Part shown: in pieces, positions 12,867 through 27,779 of the stretch | Layout of the letters: each line of letters opens with the position of its first letter | Position numbering within the stretch: the first letter of the stretch is position 1 | Source of the DNA: Octopus vulgaris | Lineage: Eukaryota | NCBI GenBank assembly: GCA_951406725.2 | Contig: OX597837.1 | Coordinates: 7,626,001 to 7,690,000 of the forward strand | Direction: 5' to 3' | DNA length: 64,000 nucleotides | The notes under the pieces: model-generated | What the model was told of the DNA's origin: nothing | The model's input: only the letters and a program-made list of their open reading frames with translations | Databases searched by the model: none | Made by a program: the position numbers and the translations under genes

Positions 12867-13380
12867 CAATGGCTCCATGTAGCCTAGGAAACTAATGGAA
12901 AAATATTTCATATTCAAAATCAACAACAGTCAGAAATGAACATTTGTTTCATCTGCTTCTCCACTTCGGTAATCGCATTTCTATCCTTAATCAAGCCTCT
13001 CAACTCAATTTTCACTTCTAACTCAGCATTACCTCCACCTGCTCATCTTCTTCTCTTCATATCTCTCATTCTCTATCTCCCACTCTCTCTCCTACTACCA
13101 CTTCCTGTCTACATATATAAAGCTCACATTGTCTTGTGTTCCCCATCAGCTGCAGCCAATTTCTCAAACACAGTTGTTGTAAAACCCTGCTGTCTTTGTT
13201 TCACTTTCTGTCTGTCAGTTTTACCCTGAAGAATGGTTCTGTCCTAAACATTGGGTACTGCACCACCCCCACTACAATTTCACTATATTCTTTTCTAAAA
13301 CAATATGAGCCTTTCCAATATAGACCACCACCAATTTCCTTGGATTTAGTTTCATCTGAATGCATGCAGGCTTAAATACA
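12300..13380. mobile_element. Cluster of Penelope-like pseudo-LTR fragments in TA repeats
   Basis: Three hammerhead-like motifs (12367-, 12657+, 13223+); KLMEKYFIFK at about 12890 resembles a GIY-YIG ORF end; TATTAGAAGAAATGAGGTACTCAGAAAT is shared with about 49780. Confidence 0.55.
12367..12418 (-). ncRNA. Hammerhead ribozyme motif (CCGAUGA core variant)
   Basis: Minus strand: gtct-CCGATGA-agggatat aattaataa atatcctg-GAAA-cagctg-TA-agac; 4-bp stem I, 7-bp stem II, palindromic stem III. Confidence 0.75.
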
Positions 13381-13549
13381 CACATACACAGATATTAGAT
13401 TTCTGTAACAGAATGCAATAAAGAGTTCCCCTGAGTATCCATCACGGTGAGACATCCAAATACACTTGGAACATCTGATACCGAGTTCTTAATAACTGCA
13501 ACGGGGAAAAGTACATAGGAACTAATAATTTATAGTTGTGTCTATCTTA

Positions 13550-14205
13550 ATACATATATATATATACACACATATATATATATACATATAATCATACATA
13601 TATATATATACATATAATCATACATATATATATATACATATAAACATACATATATATATATACATATAAACATACATATATATATACATATAAACATACA
13701 TATATATATACATATAAACATACATATATATATATAAACATATAAACATACATATATATATATATAAACATATAAACATACATATATATATATAAACATA
13801 TAAACATACATATATATATATACATATAAACATACATATATATATATAAACATATAAACATACATATATATATACATATAAACATACATATATATATACA
13901 TATAAACATACATATATATATATATATAATACATATATATAAACATACAAAATATATATATATATATATACATATATATAAACATACATATATATATATA
14001 TAAACATACATATATATATACATATAAACATACATATATATACATATAAACATACATATATATATACATATAAACATACATATATATATACATATAAACA
14101 TACATATATATATACATATAATACATACATATATATATACATATAAACATACATATATATATACATATAATACATGCATATATATATATATACATATAAA
14201 CATGC

Positions 14206-14242
<37 letters not shown>

Positions 14243-14428
14243 CATATAAACATACATATATATACATATAAACATACAATATATATATATATATATATAT
14301 ATATACAGCGGTGGTGCCCCAGTATGGCCACGGCCTTCGGCCTACAACATTTTAAAGGATTTTAAGGATTTATACATATAAGCATACATATATATATATA
14401 TCATTATAATATATATATACATATATAT

Positions 14429-14467
<39 letters not shown>

Positions 14468-14516
14468 CATATATATATATACATATATATATATATACAT
14501 ACATATATATATATAT

Positions 14517-14561
<45 letters not shown>

Positions 14562-14735
14562 CATACATATATATATATACATACATACATACATATATAT
14601 ACATATATATAATATCGCCCGGCATTGCATCATTTATATATACATACATATATATATACACATATATATATACATACATATATATACATATATATATACA
14701 TACAATATATATATACATACATATATATATACACA

Positions 14736-14773
<38 letters not shown>

Positions 14774-15055
14774 CTGTATATATATACATACATACATATA
14801 TATATACACATATATATATACATACATATATATATACATACATATATATATGTATACATATATATACATACATACATACATATATACATATATATACATA
14901 CATACATACATATATATATATACATACATACATATATATATATACATACATACATACATATATATACATACATACATATATATATATACATACATACATA
15001 TATATATATACATACATACATATATATATATACATACATACATACATATATATAT

Positions 15056-15094
<39 letters not shown>

Positions 15095-15167
15095 CATATA
15101 TATATATATATACATATGTTTATATGTATATATATATATGTTTGTGTATATATATATATACATATAA

Positions 15168-15205
<38 letters not shown>

Positions 15206-15232
15206 GTTTATATGTATATATATATATATGTT

Positions 15233-15271
<39 letters not shown>

Positions 15272-15400
15272 ATATATATATACATATGTTTATATGTATA
15301 TATATATATATATATGTTTGTGTATATACATATATATATACATATAAACATATATACATATAAACATATATATATATATATATACATACACACACACAGA
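13550..15400. repeat. Very long compound (TA)n/(TACA)n microsatellite with a ~22-bp unit ACATATAAACATACATATATAT
   Basis: Direct reading. Confidence 0.95.
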
Positions 15401-15580
15401 ATACGTACAGAATACACTTAGCAGTGGTGAAGAGGTTTAAAATTGAGCCGACAGAGAAGTAAATGTAAGGCAGCTTTGATATAAAAGGAATATTAAATAC
15501 ATTAAGCACAAACAAAAATATGTATGTTTACATACAAAAAGGTCCAAACTGCCGAGAATAGAAATGATATAGGGGATTAA

Positions 15581-15799
15581 CCCTTTAGTGTTCAGATTAT
15601 TCTATCAAACATAATGCTTATTGATTCCCATTGATTTGAATTAATCATGCATTATCTCATATCTTCAAGATCTTGATGGTGTAATTACTTAATGTAGAAT
15701 AACATTGTAGGGTAGGTGTGAGAGCCTGGATCTGGTCAGTTTGAATATGAAACAGATTAACTATTTTGGCTGGATATGGCCGGTTTAAATACTAAAGGG
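15581..15799. mobile_element. piggyBac-like MITE
   Basis: TTAA TSDs at 15577-15580 and 15800-15803; TIR CCCTTTAGTGTT / AATACTAAAGGG. Confidence 0.85.
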
Positions 15800-15904
15800 T
15801 TAAAAAGGGGTCAAAGAAGAGTTTTACAAATCCAAAAGCTGTTCGGTGGACCAAAAGAATGATTTTAAATTGTTTCCATCGTCGGATGATTCTTGCTTTC
15901 TTTT

Positions 15905-16420
15905 ATTCTTTTATTTGTTTCAGTCATTTGACTGCGGCCATGCTGGAGCACCACCTTTAGTCGAATCAAATCGACCCCAGGACAAATTACTCATTGCACC
16001 CTGTATATATACTCTTTTACTCTTTTACTTGCTTCAGTCATTTGACTGCGGCCATGCTGGAGCACCACCTTTAGTCGAATCAAATCGACCCCAGGACAAA
16101 TTACTCATTGCACCCTGTATATATACTCTTTTACTCTTTTACTTGCTTCAGTCATTTGACTGCGGCCATGCTGGAGCACCACCTTTAGTCGAATCAAATC
16201 GACCCCAGGACAAATTACTCATTGCACCCTGTATATATACTCTTTTACTTGCTTCAGTCATTTGATTGTGGCCATGCTGGAGCACCGCCTTTAGTCGAAT
16301 CAAATCGACCCCAGGACTTATTCTTTGTAAGCCTAGTACTTATTTTGTCGGTCTCTTTTGCTGAACCACTAAGTTACGGGGACCTAAACACACCAGCATC
16401 GGTTGTCAAGCGATGTTGCA
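15905..16420 (-). repeat. 114-bp tandem repeat of a SINE family-1 tail plus flank, ending in a longer SINE fragment
   Basis: GACTGCGGCCATGCTGG at 15930, 16044, 16158 and 16264 (periods 114, 114, 106). Confidence 0.9.
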
Positions 16421-16453
16421 TTTGATGTATATATGTGTGTGTGTGTGTGTGTA

Positions 16454-16493
<40 letters not shown>

Positions 16494-16495
<2 letters not shown>

Positions 16496-16800
16496 GAAGG
16501 CACATGGCTTAGTGGTTAGGGTGTTGCACTCATGATTGTGAGACCGTGGGTTCAATTCCCAGACCGGGCATTGCATTATGTTCGTGATTAAAGCACTTCA
16601 TTTCACATTGCTCTGCGATCATTTCAACACCAGACACGTGGCCCCCCCAGTTGCACCTGTACAGGTAATGTCGATTTGATGGAGGGAGTTAGCTTACGTG
16701 ATCACAAACATTCGATCACTATAAAACAAATCATCAGTGTGGTTGTTCGGTAAGGGATTGTCGAACCCTCACACGTCATCTAACAACGGGAGAGTCCATT
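16494..16800 (+). mobile_element. tRNA-derived SINE
   Basis: GTGAAGGCACATGGCTTAGTGG (A box) and GGTTCAATTCCC (B box), then a CORE-like AAAGCACTTCATTTCAC. Confidence 0.7.
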
Positions 16801-17300
16801 ATATGCATATTCGTTTATATATACAGAGAGAGAGAGAGAAAGAGAAACTTGGAAAGAGCCGGTGCAAAAGCAGTCAGTCAAAAAGTCTGCAAACCAGATT
16901 CTAATTCTTGAAGGTTTCAGGAGTCATCTAGAGAGAATGTGTGTCATTTTGGGGCCTTACTCTCGACAGTTTTACAGCAGACCAGAACCGCCCCCCCTCC
17001 ACTGATGTGAGGCCCTGCCTCCAGTTTTGACAGACTGTTCTTAAATTACTATGTTGTATTTATTCTTGTATTAGTCACATTGTTTTTATATTTGATTTTT
17101 ACAGATGAAAAAAAAAGAAAAAAGAAAACTGGGGGTGTGACTTATTTATGCACCGGGCGAGGTTTAAACTGTGAGAGGGGAAACCATTTTGCAGCAGGAT
17201 TTAACCCAAAATTAGGGGTGGATCTTGTACGTGAGTATATGCTGGGTAGGTAGATGGATGGATGGATGGATGGATGGATGGATGGATGGATGGATGGATG

Positions 17301-17393
<93 letters not shown>

Positions 17394-17434
17394 ATGGAGA
17401 TATCTATATATAATACAGGAACATGCAACTATGT

Positions 17435-17469
<35 letters not shown>

Positions 17470-17519
17470 GATAGATAGATAGATAGATAGACAGAGATAT
17501 CTATATAAATACATGGACA

Positions 17520-17559
<40 letters not shown>

Positions 17560-17600
17560 CAGATAGATGGGCAGATATCTATATCTATATATATATATAT

Positions 17601-17633
<33 letters not shown>

Positions 17634-18176
17634 TAGATAGACAGACAGAGATATCTATATAAATACCTGGACATGCATATATATATATACAGACAGACAG
17701 ACAGATAGATAGGTAGGCAGGCAGACAGATCAGGTGTAATATAAATTAAATTTGAAATTACTTTTCAAGGTGAATTATAAAACAAACAAGCAGACACACG
17801 TGCCTAAACACATTCATACACACACACACACATATATGTATGTATACACACACCTAATTACCTACATATCTACACATTCTTATACACATGCTCACACACG
17901 TACAATTACTCATATATGTGTACACACATCAGAGTCACACACAGGTGCTTACATACATACATGCTTACATATATACACACAGACACCTAAAATATATACA
18001 AAGATGCCTGTAGCCTCCATACACACACACACACACACACACACACATGCACACACACACAATTAGTAAAACATGTCGATGCTCTTGTCTGTTATTGATG
18101 TTATTAGCTCTACTCAAGGATAGATATTATTATTATAATTATTATTATTATTATTATTATTGTTATTATTATTATT

Positions 18177-19300
18177 GAGTGAGATAGTAGCGCATGCCAT
18201 CAAAGTGACATTGGGTTACAAATATACGAAGCCCAGTATACCCATCATGACTACACGTCTGATAAGGGTACACTAGGCACATGCATCACAACCATTTGTG
18301 AGTGACATGGTGACCTCATATCAAGATAAACAGTGCATGACCTTGTTGGTGGGGACCAGTTAGAATTTTCTTCAGGTTGAGTAGCCCATCCCACTCAAAA
18401 GGTCTTCAGATAGGGGTTGTTTAAGGATACTGAACGAAACACCCATGTATCAAGAGGTGAATTATCCAAACACCAAAGAATCCCTCTCAACACACGGCTA
18501 TGATGCTCCCCCACTACTTCTGCTCATGATCAAAGATGCACATATCGTCAGCCACTAAGGGACATGTTCAACTGGTTAAGGTCAAACAACTGACAAGCAA
18601 ATCTGTGGTATTGAGCAGAATATTTGCTGTAGCCCATCTTTTATACCAAGACAAAACAATGTACATGATAACACTTCCAATCAGTTAAGATCAGAAGCCA
18701 TGAGAGACACTGCCTGGTACTGCATCAGGATCATTATTATTATTGAGTGAGATAGTAGAGCATGCCATCAAAGTGACACTAGGTTACAAATATACGAAAC
18801 CCAGAATACCCATCATGACTACCCGTAAGATAAGGGTACACCAGGCACATGCATCACAACCATATGTGCACGACATAGTGATCTCATATCAAGATAAACA
18901 GTGCATGACCTTGCAGGTGGGGCCCAGTTAGAATTTTTTTCTGGTCGAATAACCCATCCTACACAAAAGGTCCCTGAATAAGGGTTGTTTAAGGTTGTTG
19001 AATGAAACACCCATTTTTTGAGAGGGGAAATATTCAAACCCCAAAGAATCCCTCTCAACACATGGCTATGATGCTCCCCCACTACTTCTGCTCGTGATCA
19101 GTGATGCACATATCGTCAGTCACCAAGGGACATGCTCAACTGGTTAGGGTCAAACAACTGACAAGCAAATCTGTGGTATTGAGCAGAATATTTGCTGTAA
19201 CCCATCTTTTATACCAAGACAAAACAGTGTACATGATAACACTTCCAGTCATTTAAGATCAGAAGCCACCAGAACCACTGCCTGGTACTGCATCAGGGCA
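18177..19300 (-). mobile_element. Two tandem copies (18177-18732 and 18745-19300) of a ~556-bp non-coding element inserted in (TAA)n
   Basis: Colinear but diverged units with period 568, each bounded by TTA repeats; no TIRs or ORF; strand inferred from the ...CTCACTC-AATAATAAT tail. Confidence 0.8.
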
Positions 19301-19446
19301 TTTATTACCTCCACCTTCACTAAGGCAGAGGTATTGTTATCGATGGATTTGGATGAAACTTTCAGGGATGTTTGGTCTTGTAACTGGCAAGAAATGATTA
19401 GATTTGGGGATTGATCCAGTACCGGACAAGGACCCTGGATTATTTT

Positions 19447-19479
<33 letters not shown>

Positions 19480-19584
19480 ATACATACTTATAGTTAATCC
19501 AAACAAGAAAGCACAAAAAAAAACACAACGACGCGAGGACGTGGAACAAATATTGTATTATTGGACGCTCAGGAAAGAAGGAGA

Positions 19585-19619
19585 GTTTAACGTTTCAAGC
19601 GGAGCTCTTCGTCAGAAAC
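19585..19619 (-). ncRNA. Minimal hammerhead ribozyme motif, family A copy
   Basis: Minus strand: gttt-CTGACGA-agagctccgctt-GAAA-cg-TT-aaac; stem I GUUU/AAAC. Confidence 0.65.
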
Positions 19620-20762
19620 ATAGAAGAAGGAAAGATCCAGAGAAGGGAAGACAGAGGAAATATATATATATATATATATATGATGGGTTTCTTTCAGTTT
19701 CCATCAACCAAATCCACTCACAAGGACCTGATCAGCCCTGAGCTATCTTAGAAGATACTCACCCAAGGTGCCATACCATGGGACTGAACCCAAATCCACA
19801 TGGTGGGGAAGCAATGTTCTTAACCGCACAAGCCGTACTCGTAATGATAGAATATCAGGGTAGTTTTTTTCCTATATATTTTCGTTTTTTTTTATATATA
19901 TATATATTTCATTCTTGTTTTAATTGCTCACCCACCCTTATCTGCCCTCTCTTTGCTTCTCAACTTGTTTTCATCATCGCAGTGAAGACCATTCTGGAGC
20001 AACACATTCACGTACTCTGCAATTTTTGTTTGCTTTTTGAAAACGGAAAAAAAAAAATAAAAAACCAAAATATTTTCTATTTTAAATTTTCACTGTGGAA
20101 GAACTTACAAACACACACACACAAGTGAATATACAAACACACACATACCCTCCCCCCGCCCCTTGTGACATCACCATTTATCTAGCAGCACTTAACAACA
20201 GAACAGAAAGGATGAGATGGCTCAAAAGAAGCTGGTGGTGGAAGGAAAGAGGCTGAACTGGGAGGCTTCAGCAATGGTGGCGGCAGCAGCAGGGTAAGGA
20301 GAAGGGGTTGGAGCACTCACATAATGTTAGTTTCACCACCACAGATGCCACTCACCTACCCACCCGTCCCCTCCAGCTCCATCCTCTGACCCTCCTCCCT
20401 CAAAGACATCATAACCCACCCTCCACATTGTTCTGCCTGCCTTCCTTCTTTCCTTCCTTCCTTCTTTTTCTTTCCTTGGCTTCTTGCTCACAGACCCTCT
20501 TCATTCTGATATCACGCTGGCACCTCCAACCTTCTTGAACCCCACCCCCCACTATCCGCCCCATACAGGCATCTCTTTGATTCCGCGTATCTGCAAACAG
20601 ATTCACCCACATGTACATACACATGTGTCCAAATACACACTGTCTATACATGTGTGTTAGTATGCTTATGTGTGGATGGATGGATGGATGGATAGGTAGA
20701 CAGATAGGTAGATATACATATATATATAGAGAGATATATAGACAGATAGGTAGACAGATAGG

Positions 20763-20796
<34 letters not shown>

Positions 20797-21043
20797 TAGA
20801 TACATAGATACATACATACATACATACATACATACATACGTAGGTAGGTAGGTAGGTAGGTAGGGGCGTATGTAGACAACTGGATGGATGATTGATAGAT
20901 AGATAATAGGTAGGATAGATAGATAGATAGGTAGGTAGGTAGGTAGATAGATAGGTAGATTGACAAATGGACAATCGGAGAGATGTACAGATAGATATGC
21001 GAGTGTATATATATAGAGAGAGATAGATAATGTGAGAGTATGT

Positions 21044-21075
<32 letters not shown>

Positions 21076-21405
21076 ATGGAGAGAGAGATAGTGACAGACA
21101 GACATAAATACATGTAGATACACACATACATGGTGGGAGAGAGAGAGAGAGAGATGAAAAGACAGATGCATAGAGAGACAGAAATAAGTACACAAACAGT
21201 GTGTGTGTGTGTGTGTGTATGTAGTTTTGTAGACAGATTGATATAGACAGAGCTAGATAGATAGACAGAAAAATGGGTATATGTGTGGATGTAAGTTTGG
21301 TTGGAGAGGGGGACGGTGATTAGGCACATCTGTTTTTATACACTTGTGCATGTGTGCATGTGTGTGTGTGTGTATAGCTATATATATATTCCACATGCAC
21401 ATACA

Positions 21406-21449
<44 letters not shown>

Positions 21450-21599
21450 TCTGAATGAGTTAATATAGGAGGAGAAAGAAATACATACTCAGTGAATAAA
21501 CATATGCATAATACATACACACACAAATATATATACATTCATATACACTCATCTATCCATCCATCCATCCATACATACATAGGTACACACACACACACA

Positions 21600-22170
<571 letters not shown>

Positions 22171-23745
22171 TATGAGCATACGCATTTATAAGAAACAGCT
22201 GAGTTGACAAAAGAAAAAAGTACCAATTAAGAAATAATTATTAAGCATGATGGTGATGGTTGGTAGGTAATGGCTTGTGAGATGATGAGATGATAACGAA
22301 GATAACGATGATGAAGTCAGGAAGATGATGAAGATGATGAACAATGATGAGAACAATTGTGATATTGACAATAAAAACATTGATGATGATGATGATACTA
22401 CTGATGATGATGATAATGTGGATGGTGGTGGGTGGTGGTGGAGGTGGCAGTAATAGTTGTGGGGTGGGGTGGAATGGTGCTGATAATGATGGTGATAGTG
22501 GTGGTGATGATGATGATAATGACAACAGTGGTGGTGGTGGTGGTGATGTAGTGTAATGATAATGATGATGATGGTGGTGGTGGCGGTGATGATAGTGGTG
22601 ATGGTGATGGTGATGATGATGACAATGATGCAAATGATGAGGCCAATAACAAACCATAACAACAATCACGATATTGTAAACGATAACAACGATGATGATG
22701 ATGATGATGGTGGTGACGGTACCGGTCATGAAGAGAGCAGTGTTCGTCGGAGGGGGTGTGGGAGAGTTAGAGGAAAGAGTGGAAAGAAAGAAAGAAAGAA
22801 AGAAAGAACAAATGAAACCATAATAGGAAATTCTGTCAAAATCCAAAATTTTCAAGCAACACCACTGCACCCACCTCCTCTGCACCCCACCCCCCGCCTT
22901 CTTTCAACATGCAGCCACCATTCCTATCCGCTCGCTGTGTTCTCTCCATCTGCCACCCCAGCAATGCCGCTGCTACAGCCATCGTCTGCCTCCGTGCCAT
23001 TCCTATGCACAGATGCATCGTACCCACCCCGGCAGTCCCCACACCCAGCTTCCAACCAGATTCTGACAACAGGAACGGGAGCACGGCTGCGTGGTAAAGT
23101 AGCTTGCTTTTTTCTTTCTTTTTTTTTTTCAATTCAAACCGCATGGCAGCTTTTGGGGTTCGAGTCCCAGCCTGTGCTCGGCACCTCGGGCAAGTGTCTT
23201 CTACTTTAGCTCCCCTTCCCCTCATCCCCAACCTACGGACTGACCAATGTTTTACGAATGAATTTGGCAAACACAAACATATACACACACACACACACAC
23301 ATCATCATCATCATCATCATTATCATTTAGCGTCCGCTTTCCATGCTGGCATGGGTTTGGATGATTCAACTGGGGTCTGGGAAGCCAGAAGGCTGCATCA
23401 GGCCCAGTCTGATCTGGCAATGTTTTTAGGGCTGGATGCCCTTCCTAACGCCAACCACTCCATGAGTGTAGTGGGAGCTTTTTGTGTGTGTGTGTGTGTG
23501 TTGTTTACCTTTTACTTGTTTCAGTCATTAGATCCTTTACATTAGAAACTGTAGTGATAATTGGAAACTTGACTGATGAATAGAAAGCCACTAATATTCC
23601 GTCCTGATTTTTCTGTCCGTCTCTGTATCATCCATCTGTCCATATGTTTTCATTGTTGTCCATTATATTTTTGTTCCATTTTTTTGGATTAATATACACA
23701 TATAGTGGCATTCATACATTTATATATACATATAGCAACCTGTAA

Positions 23746-23808
<63 letters not shown>

Positions 23809-23839
23809 CATATATACATACATACATATATATATATAA

Positions 23840-24151
23840 AGGGTAAAGACCCCCTTCGGTCAGGCACTGACCATGGGTTTGCACAAGTCTGGGCAAGGTT
23901 GTTTTATGGAAGACCAGCAGTCGCCCATGCATACCGGCCTCCCCTCTCCACATCACCGATGTTGTCCAAGGGAAAGGCAAGGGCCGATACAGCTTGGCAC
24001 CTGTGACGTCGCAACTCATTTCTACAGCTGAGTGAACTGGAGCAACGTGAAATAAAGTGCCTTGCTCAAGAACACAACACGCAGCCCCGTCCGGGATTCG
24101 AGCTCACAACCTCACGATCGACGCTCTAACCACTGAGCCATGCGCCTTCAC
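23840..24151 (-). mobile_element. tRNA-derived SINE (octopus OR-like); truncated copy at 35820-36080
   Basis: Minus-strand head GTGAAGGCGCATGGCTCAGTGGTTAGAGCG...CTCGAATCCC; CORE-like TTCTTGAGCAAGGCACTTTATTTC; tail GGGGGTCTTTACCC. Confidence 0.8.
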
Positions 24152-24159
24152 TACACATT

Positions 24160-24305
24160 TATATATACATACATATATACATACATACATATATACATAC
24201 ACATATATATACATACATATATACATACATACATATATACATACATATATACATACATACATACATATATACATACATATATACATACATACATACATAT
24301 ATACA

Positions 24306-24336
<31 letters not shown>

Positions 24337-24852
24337 ATATACATACATATATATATATATATACATACATATATATATATATATACATACATATATATAT
24401 ACATACATATATATATACATACATATATATATATACATACATATATATATATATATACATACATATATACATACATACATACATATACATACATACATAT
24501 ACATACATGCATACATATACATACACACATATACATACATACACATACATATACATACATACATACATATACATACACACACACATACATACATATACAT
24601 ACACACACACACACATACATACATATACATACACATACACATACATATACATACACACACACATACATACATATACACACACACACACATATACACACAC
24701 ACATACATATACATACACACACACACACATACACACACACATACATACACACACACACATATACATACACACACATATACATACACACACACATATACAT
24801 ACACACACATACATATACATACACACACACACATATACACACACATATACAT

Positions 24853-24916
<64 letters not shown>

Positions 24917-25064
24917 ACACACATATACATACACACACACACATATACATACACAGACACATACATACACACACACACACACATATACATACACACACAC
25001 ATACACACACACACACATACATACACACACACACACATACATACACACACACACACACATACAT

Positions 25065-25125
<61 letters not shown>
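24160..25125. repeat. Compound (TACA)n grading into (CA)n microsatellite
   Basis: Direct reading. Confidence 0.95.
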
Positions 25126-25128
<3 letters not shown>

Positions 25129-25441
25129 CAGGCTTCTTTCAGTTTCAGTCTACCAAATCCACTCACAAGGCTTTGGTTGGTCCAAGGCTATAGCAAATGA
25201 CACTTGCCCTAAGTTCCACACAGCAGGACTGAACCTGAAACCATGTGGTTGGGAAGCAAGCCCTTTACCACAGAGCCAGGCCTATAGAAATGAATGCCTT
25301 TCATCGTGGGTCAACCTAAATAGGGCTGTTAACTGAAGTCTAAACATAACATCTTGAAATTTACCAAAAATCAGTGAAATACCTTACATTTGGCTCTTTA
25401 GAATTTATCTTCTTTGTGAACTTCAAAATCTCGTTAAATTT

Positions 25442-25477
25442 ACTTACCTGTAAAAGAGACAAAAAAATACAGGTAAG
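25442..25477 (-). promoter_or_regulatory. Candidate recursive splice site (polypyrimidine tract-CAG|GTAAGT)
   Basis: Minus strand reads CTTACCTGTA-TTTTTTTGTCTCTTT-TACAG|GTAAGT, i.e. consensus acceptor and donor juxtaposed in non-repeat DNA. Confidence 0.4.
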
Positions 25478-25769
25478 AACTTCAGAGAATATACAACAAT
25501 AATCAACCAAAAAAATTACAATAAATAGAAATAAATATTAAAAAAATGGGTTCCATGACTTCTGTTGCTTTCAATATTAGACACTTAAAAAGGTAAGCTG
25601 GCAGAATCGTTAGCAGACCAGGTAAAATGCCTAACAGCATTTAATCTATCATTAGGTTCTGAGTTCAAATTCCATTGAGGTCGACATTATCTTACATCAT
25701 TTTTTTTCTTTTACTTCTTTTGGTCATTTGAATGTGGCTATGCTGGAGCACCAGCAAAATAAAGTAGTA

Positions 25770-26020
25770 ATCAAAGGGGCCCATAGATAAAAAAATAGTT
25801 GAGAACCCCTACTTTTGACGTAAGTATTGGTATGTATTGCAAGAAACAGCGAGGTTCCTTTCTCTAAGATTTTACATTAATGTGTGAAAAGCAAAATAGG
25901 GGTTTTGAAAGAAGTTCTTATATAACTAGTTTTTAAGCATCAAATGGCTATAGGGGTCCATATGAATAAAATGGTAATCAAAGGGGACCATAGGTAAAAA
26001 TGGTTGGGAATTCCTGTTCT
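25770..26020. mobile_element. hAT-like MITE end fragments; also at 32730-32800 and 35724-35810
   Basis: Ends match CAGGGGTTCTCAACC / GGTTGAGAACCCCT with a shared subterminal GGGGTCCATAGG. Confidence 0.55.
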
Positions 26021-26765
26021 AGACCAATGTATCTATCACTATATTTATAGGAACAGGGATTGGTAGGAATTAAGGGAGCTTTCAGGGATCCAAGGTACCG
26101 AGTAAATTTCCTCATATGTATATGTGTATATATGTATGTGTGTGTATATATATATGTGTGTGTATGTGTCTATATACATCCACACACACAAACACATATA
26201 GAGACAAAGATTCTTAGACATGCAGACGCATGCGTGCACATGCTGTACACTCGCAGATACGCACACAAGAGACAAGCATAAACATAAACATACACACAGA
26301 TACGCACACATACACAGATTCATTCATTCACTGACACACACACACACATACACACACACACACACACAGATGACTATATTACATCCACGTTCCATACAGA
26401 TAATATAGGTGTATGTGTTGATGATGATGATGATGTTGGTGGTGATGGTGGCGGCAGCAGCCCTGGCGGCGGTGGTGGTGGGTGAGGGGAGCGTATCATT
26501 GTGAGTTCCGGGAACGGTGCAAGACGACAAGCACCGAGTGGGGAAAGAGAAGGCGAGGCGCAAATGGGGGCACAGGGAAGGTGAAGCGATTTTGCGGGAT
26601 GGTGGTGGGGGTGAAAGTTTATTATTCTGGGTGTGGCATTTCCTAAAGTGTGGATGTGTGGATGGGGTAGGCCATAAGTGGAAGGGCAAGGGGAAAACAA
26701 GAAAGAGCGTTCGGTAATTACACAAAGATGGAGTAAGGACATACACACACATACACATGCATACA

Positions 26766-26804
<39 letters not shown>

Positions 26805-26813
26805 ATGCATACA

Positions 26814-26884
<71 letters not shown>

Positions 26885-27182
26885 GCATAGACACACACAC
26901 ACACATACATACACATGCATACAGACACATATTCTTTTATTCTTTTACTTGTTTCAGTTATTTGACTGTGGCCATGCTGGAGCACTCCCCTGAAGTGTTT
27001 TAGTCAAACTAATCGACCACAGGATATATTTTTTTTTATTAAGCCTAGTACTTATTCTATTGATCTCTTTTGCCAAACCACTAAGTCATGGGGATATAGA
27101 CACACAAATATTAGTTGCCAAGTGGTGATGGGGGGGAGGCAAACACAGACCCAAAGACACACACAGGCTTCTTTCAGTTTCT

Positions 27183-27779
27183 TATTTCTTTATTACCCAC
27201 AAGGGGCTAAACACAGAGCGGACAAACAAGGACAAAGGGATTAAGTCGATTATATCGACCCCAGTGTGTAACAGGTACTTAATTTATCGACCCCGAAAGG
27301 ATGAAAGGCAAAGTCGACCTCGGCGAAATTTGAACTCATAACGTAACAGCAGACGAAATACCTATTTCTTTACTACCCACAAGGGGCTAAGCACAGAGAG
27401 GACAAACAAGGACAGACAAACGGATTAAGTCAATTATATCGACCCCAGTGCGTAACTGGTACTTATTTAATCGACCCCAAAAGGATGAAAGGCAAAGTCG
27501 ACCTCGGCAGAATTTGAACTCAGAACGTAACAGCAGACGAAATACCTATTTCTTTACTACCCACAAGGGGCTAAGCACAGAGAGGACAAACAAGGACAGA
27601 CAAACGGATTAAGTCGATTATATCGACCCCAGTGTGTAACTGGTACTTAAACTATCGACCCCAAAAGGATGAAAGGCAAAGTCGACCTCGGCAGAATTTC
27701 AACTCAGAACGTAGCAGCAGACGAAATGCTGCTAAGCATTTCACCCAGCATGCTAACGTTTCTGCCAGCTCACCACCCT
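27183..27779 (-). mobile_element. SINE family 2 as a head-to-tail trimer (one head, three 3' portions), inserted within a family-1 SINE
   Basis: Tail TATTTCTTTA(C/T)TACCCACAAGGGG at 27183, 27363 and 27547; single head GCCAGCTCACC at about 27770; family-1 sequence on both sides. Confidence 0.85.

Noticed and set aside
15905-16330. Repeat-spacer-like array
   Set aside because: The apparent spacers are identical; this is a tandem duplication of a SINE tail.
18420-18560. CTGACGA on the minus strand of the tandem element as a hammerhead core
   Set aside because: No matching GAAA with closing stems is conserved in both copies.
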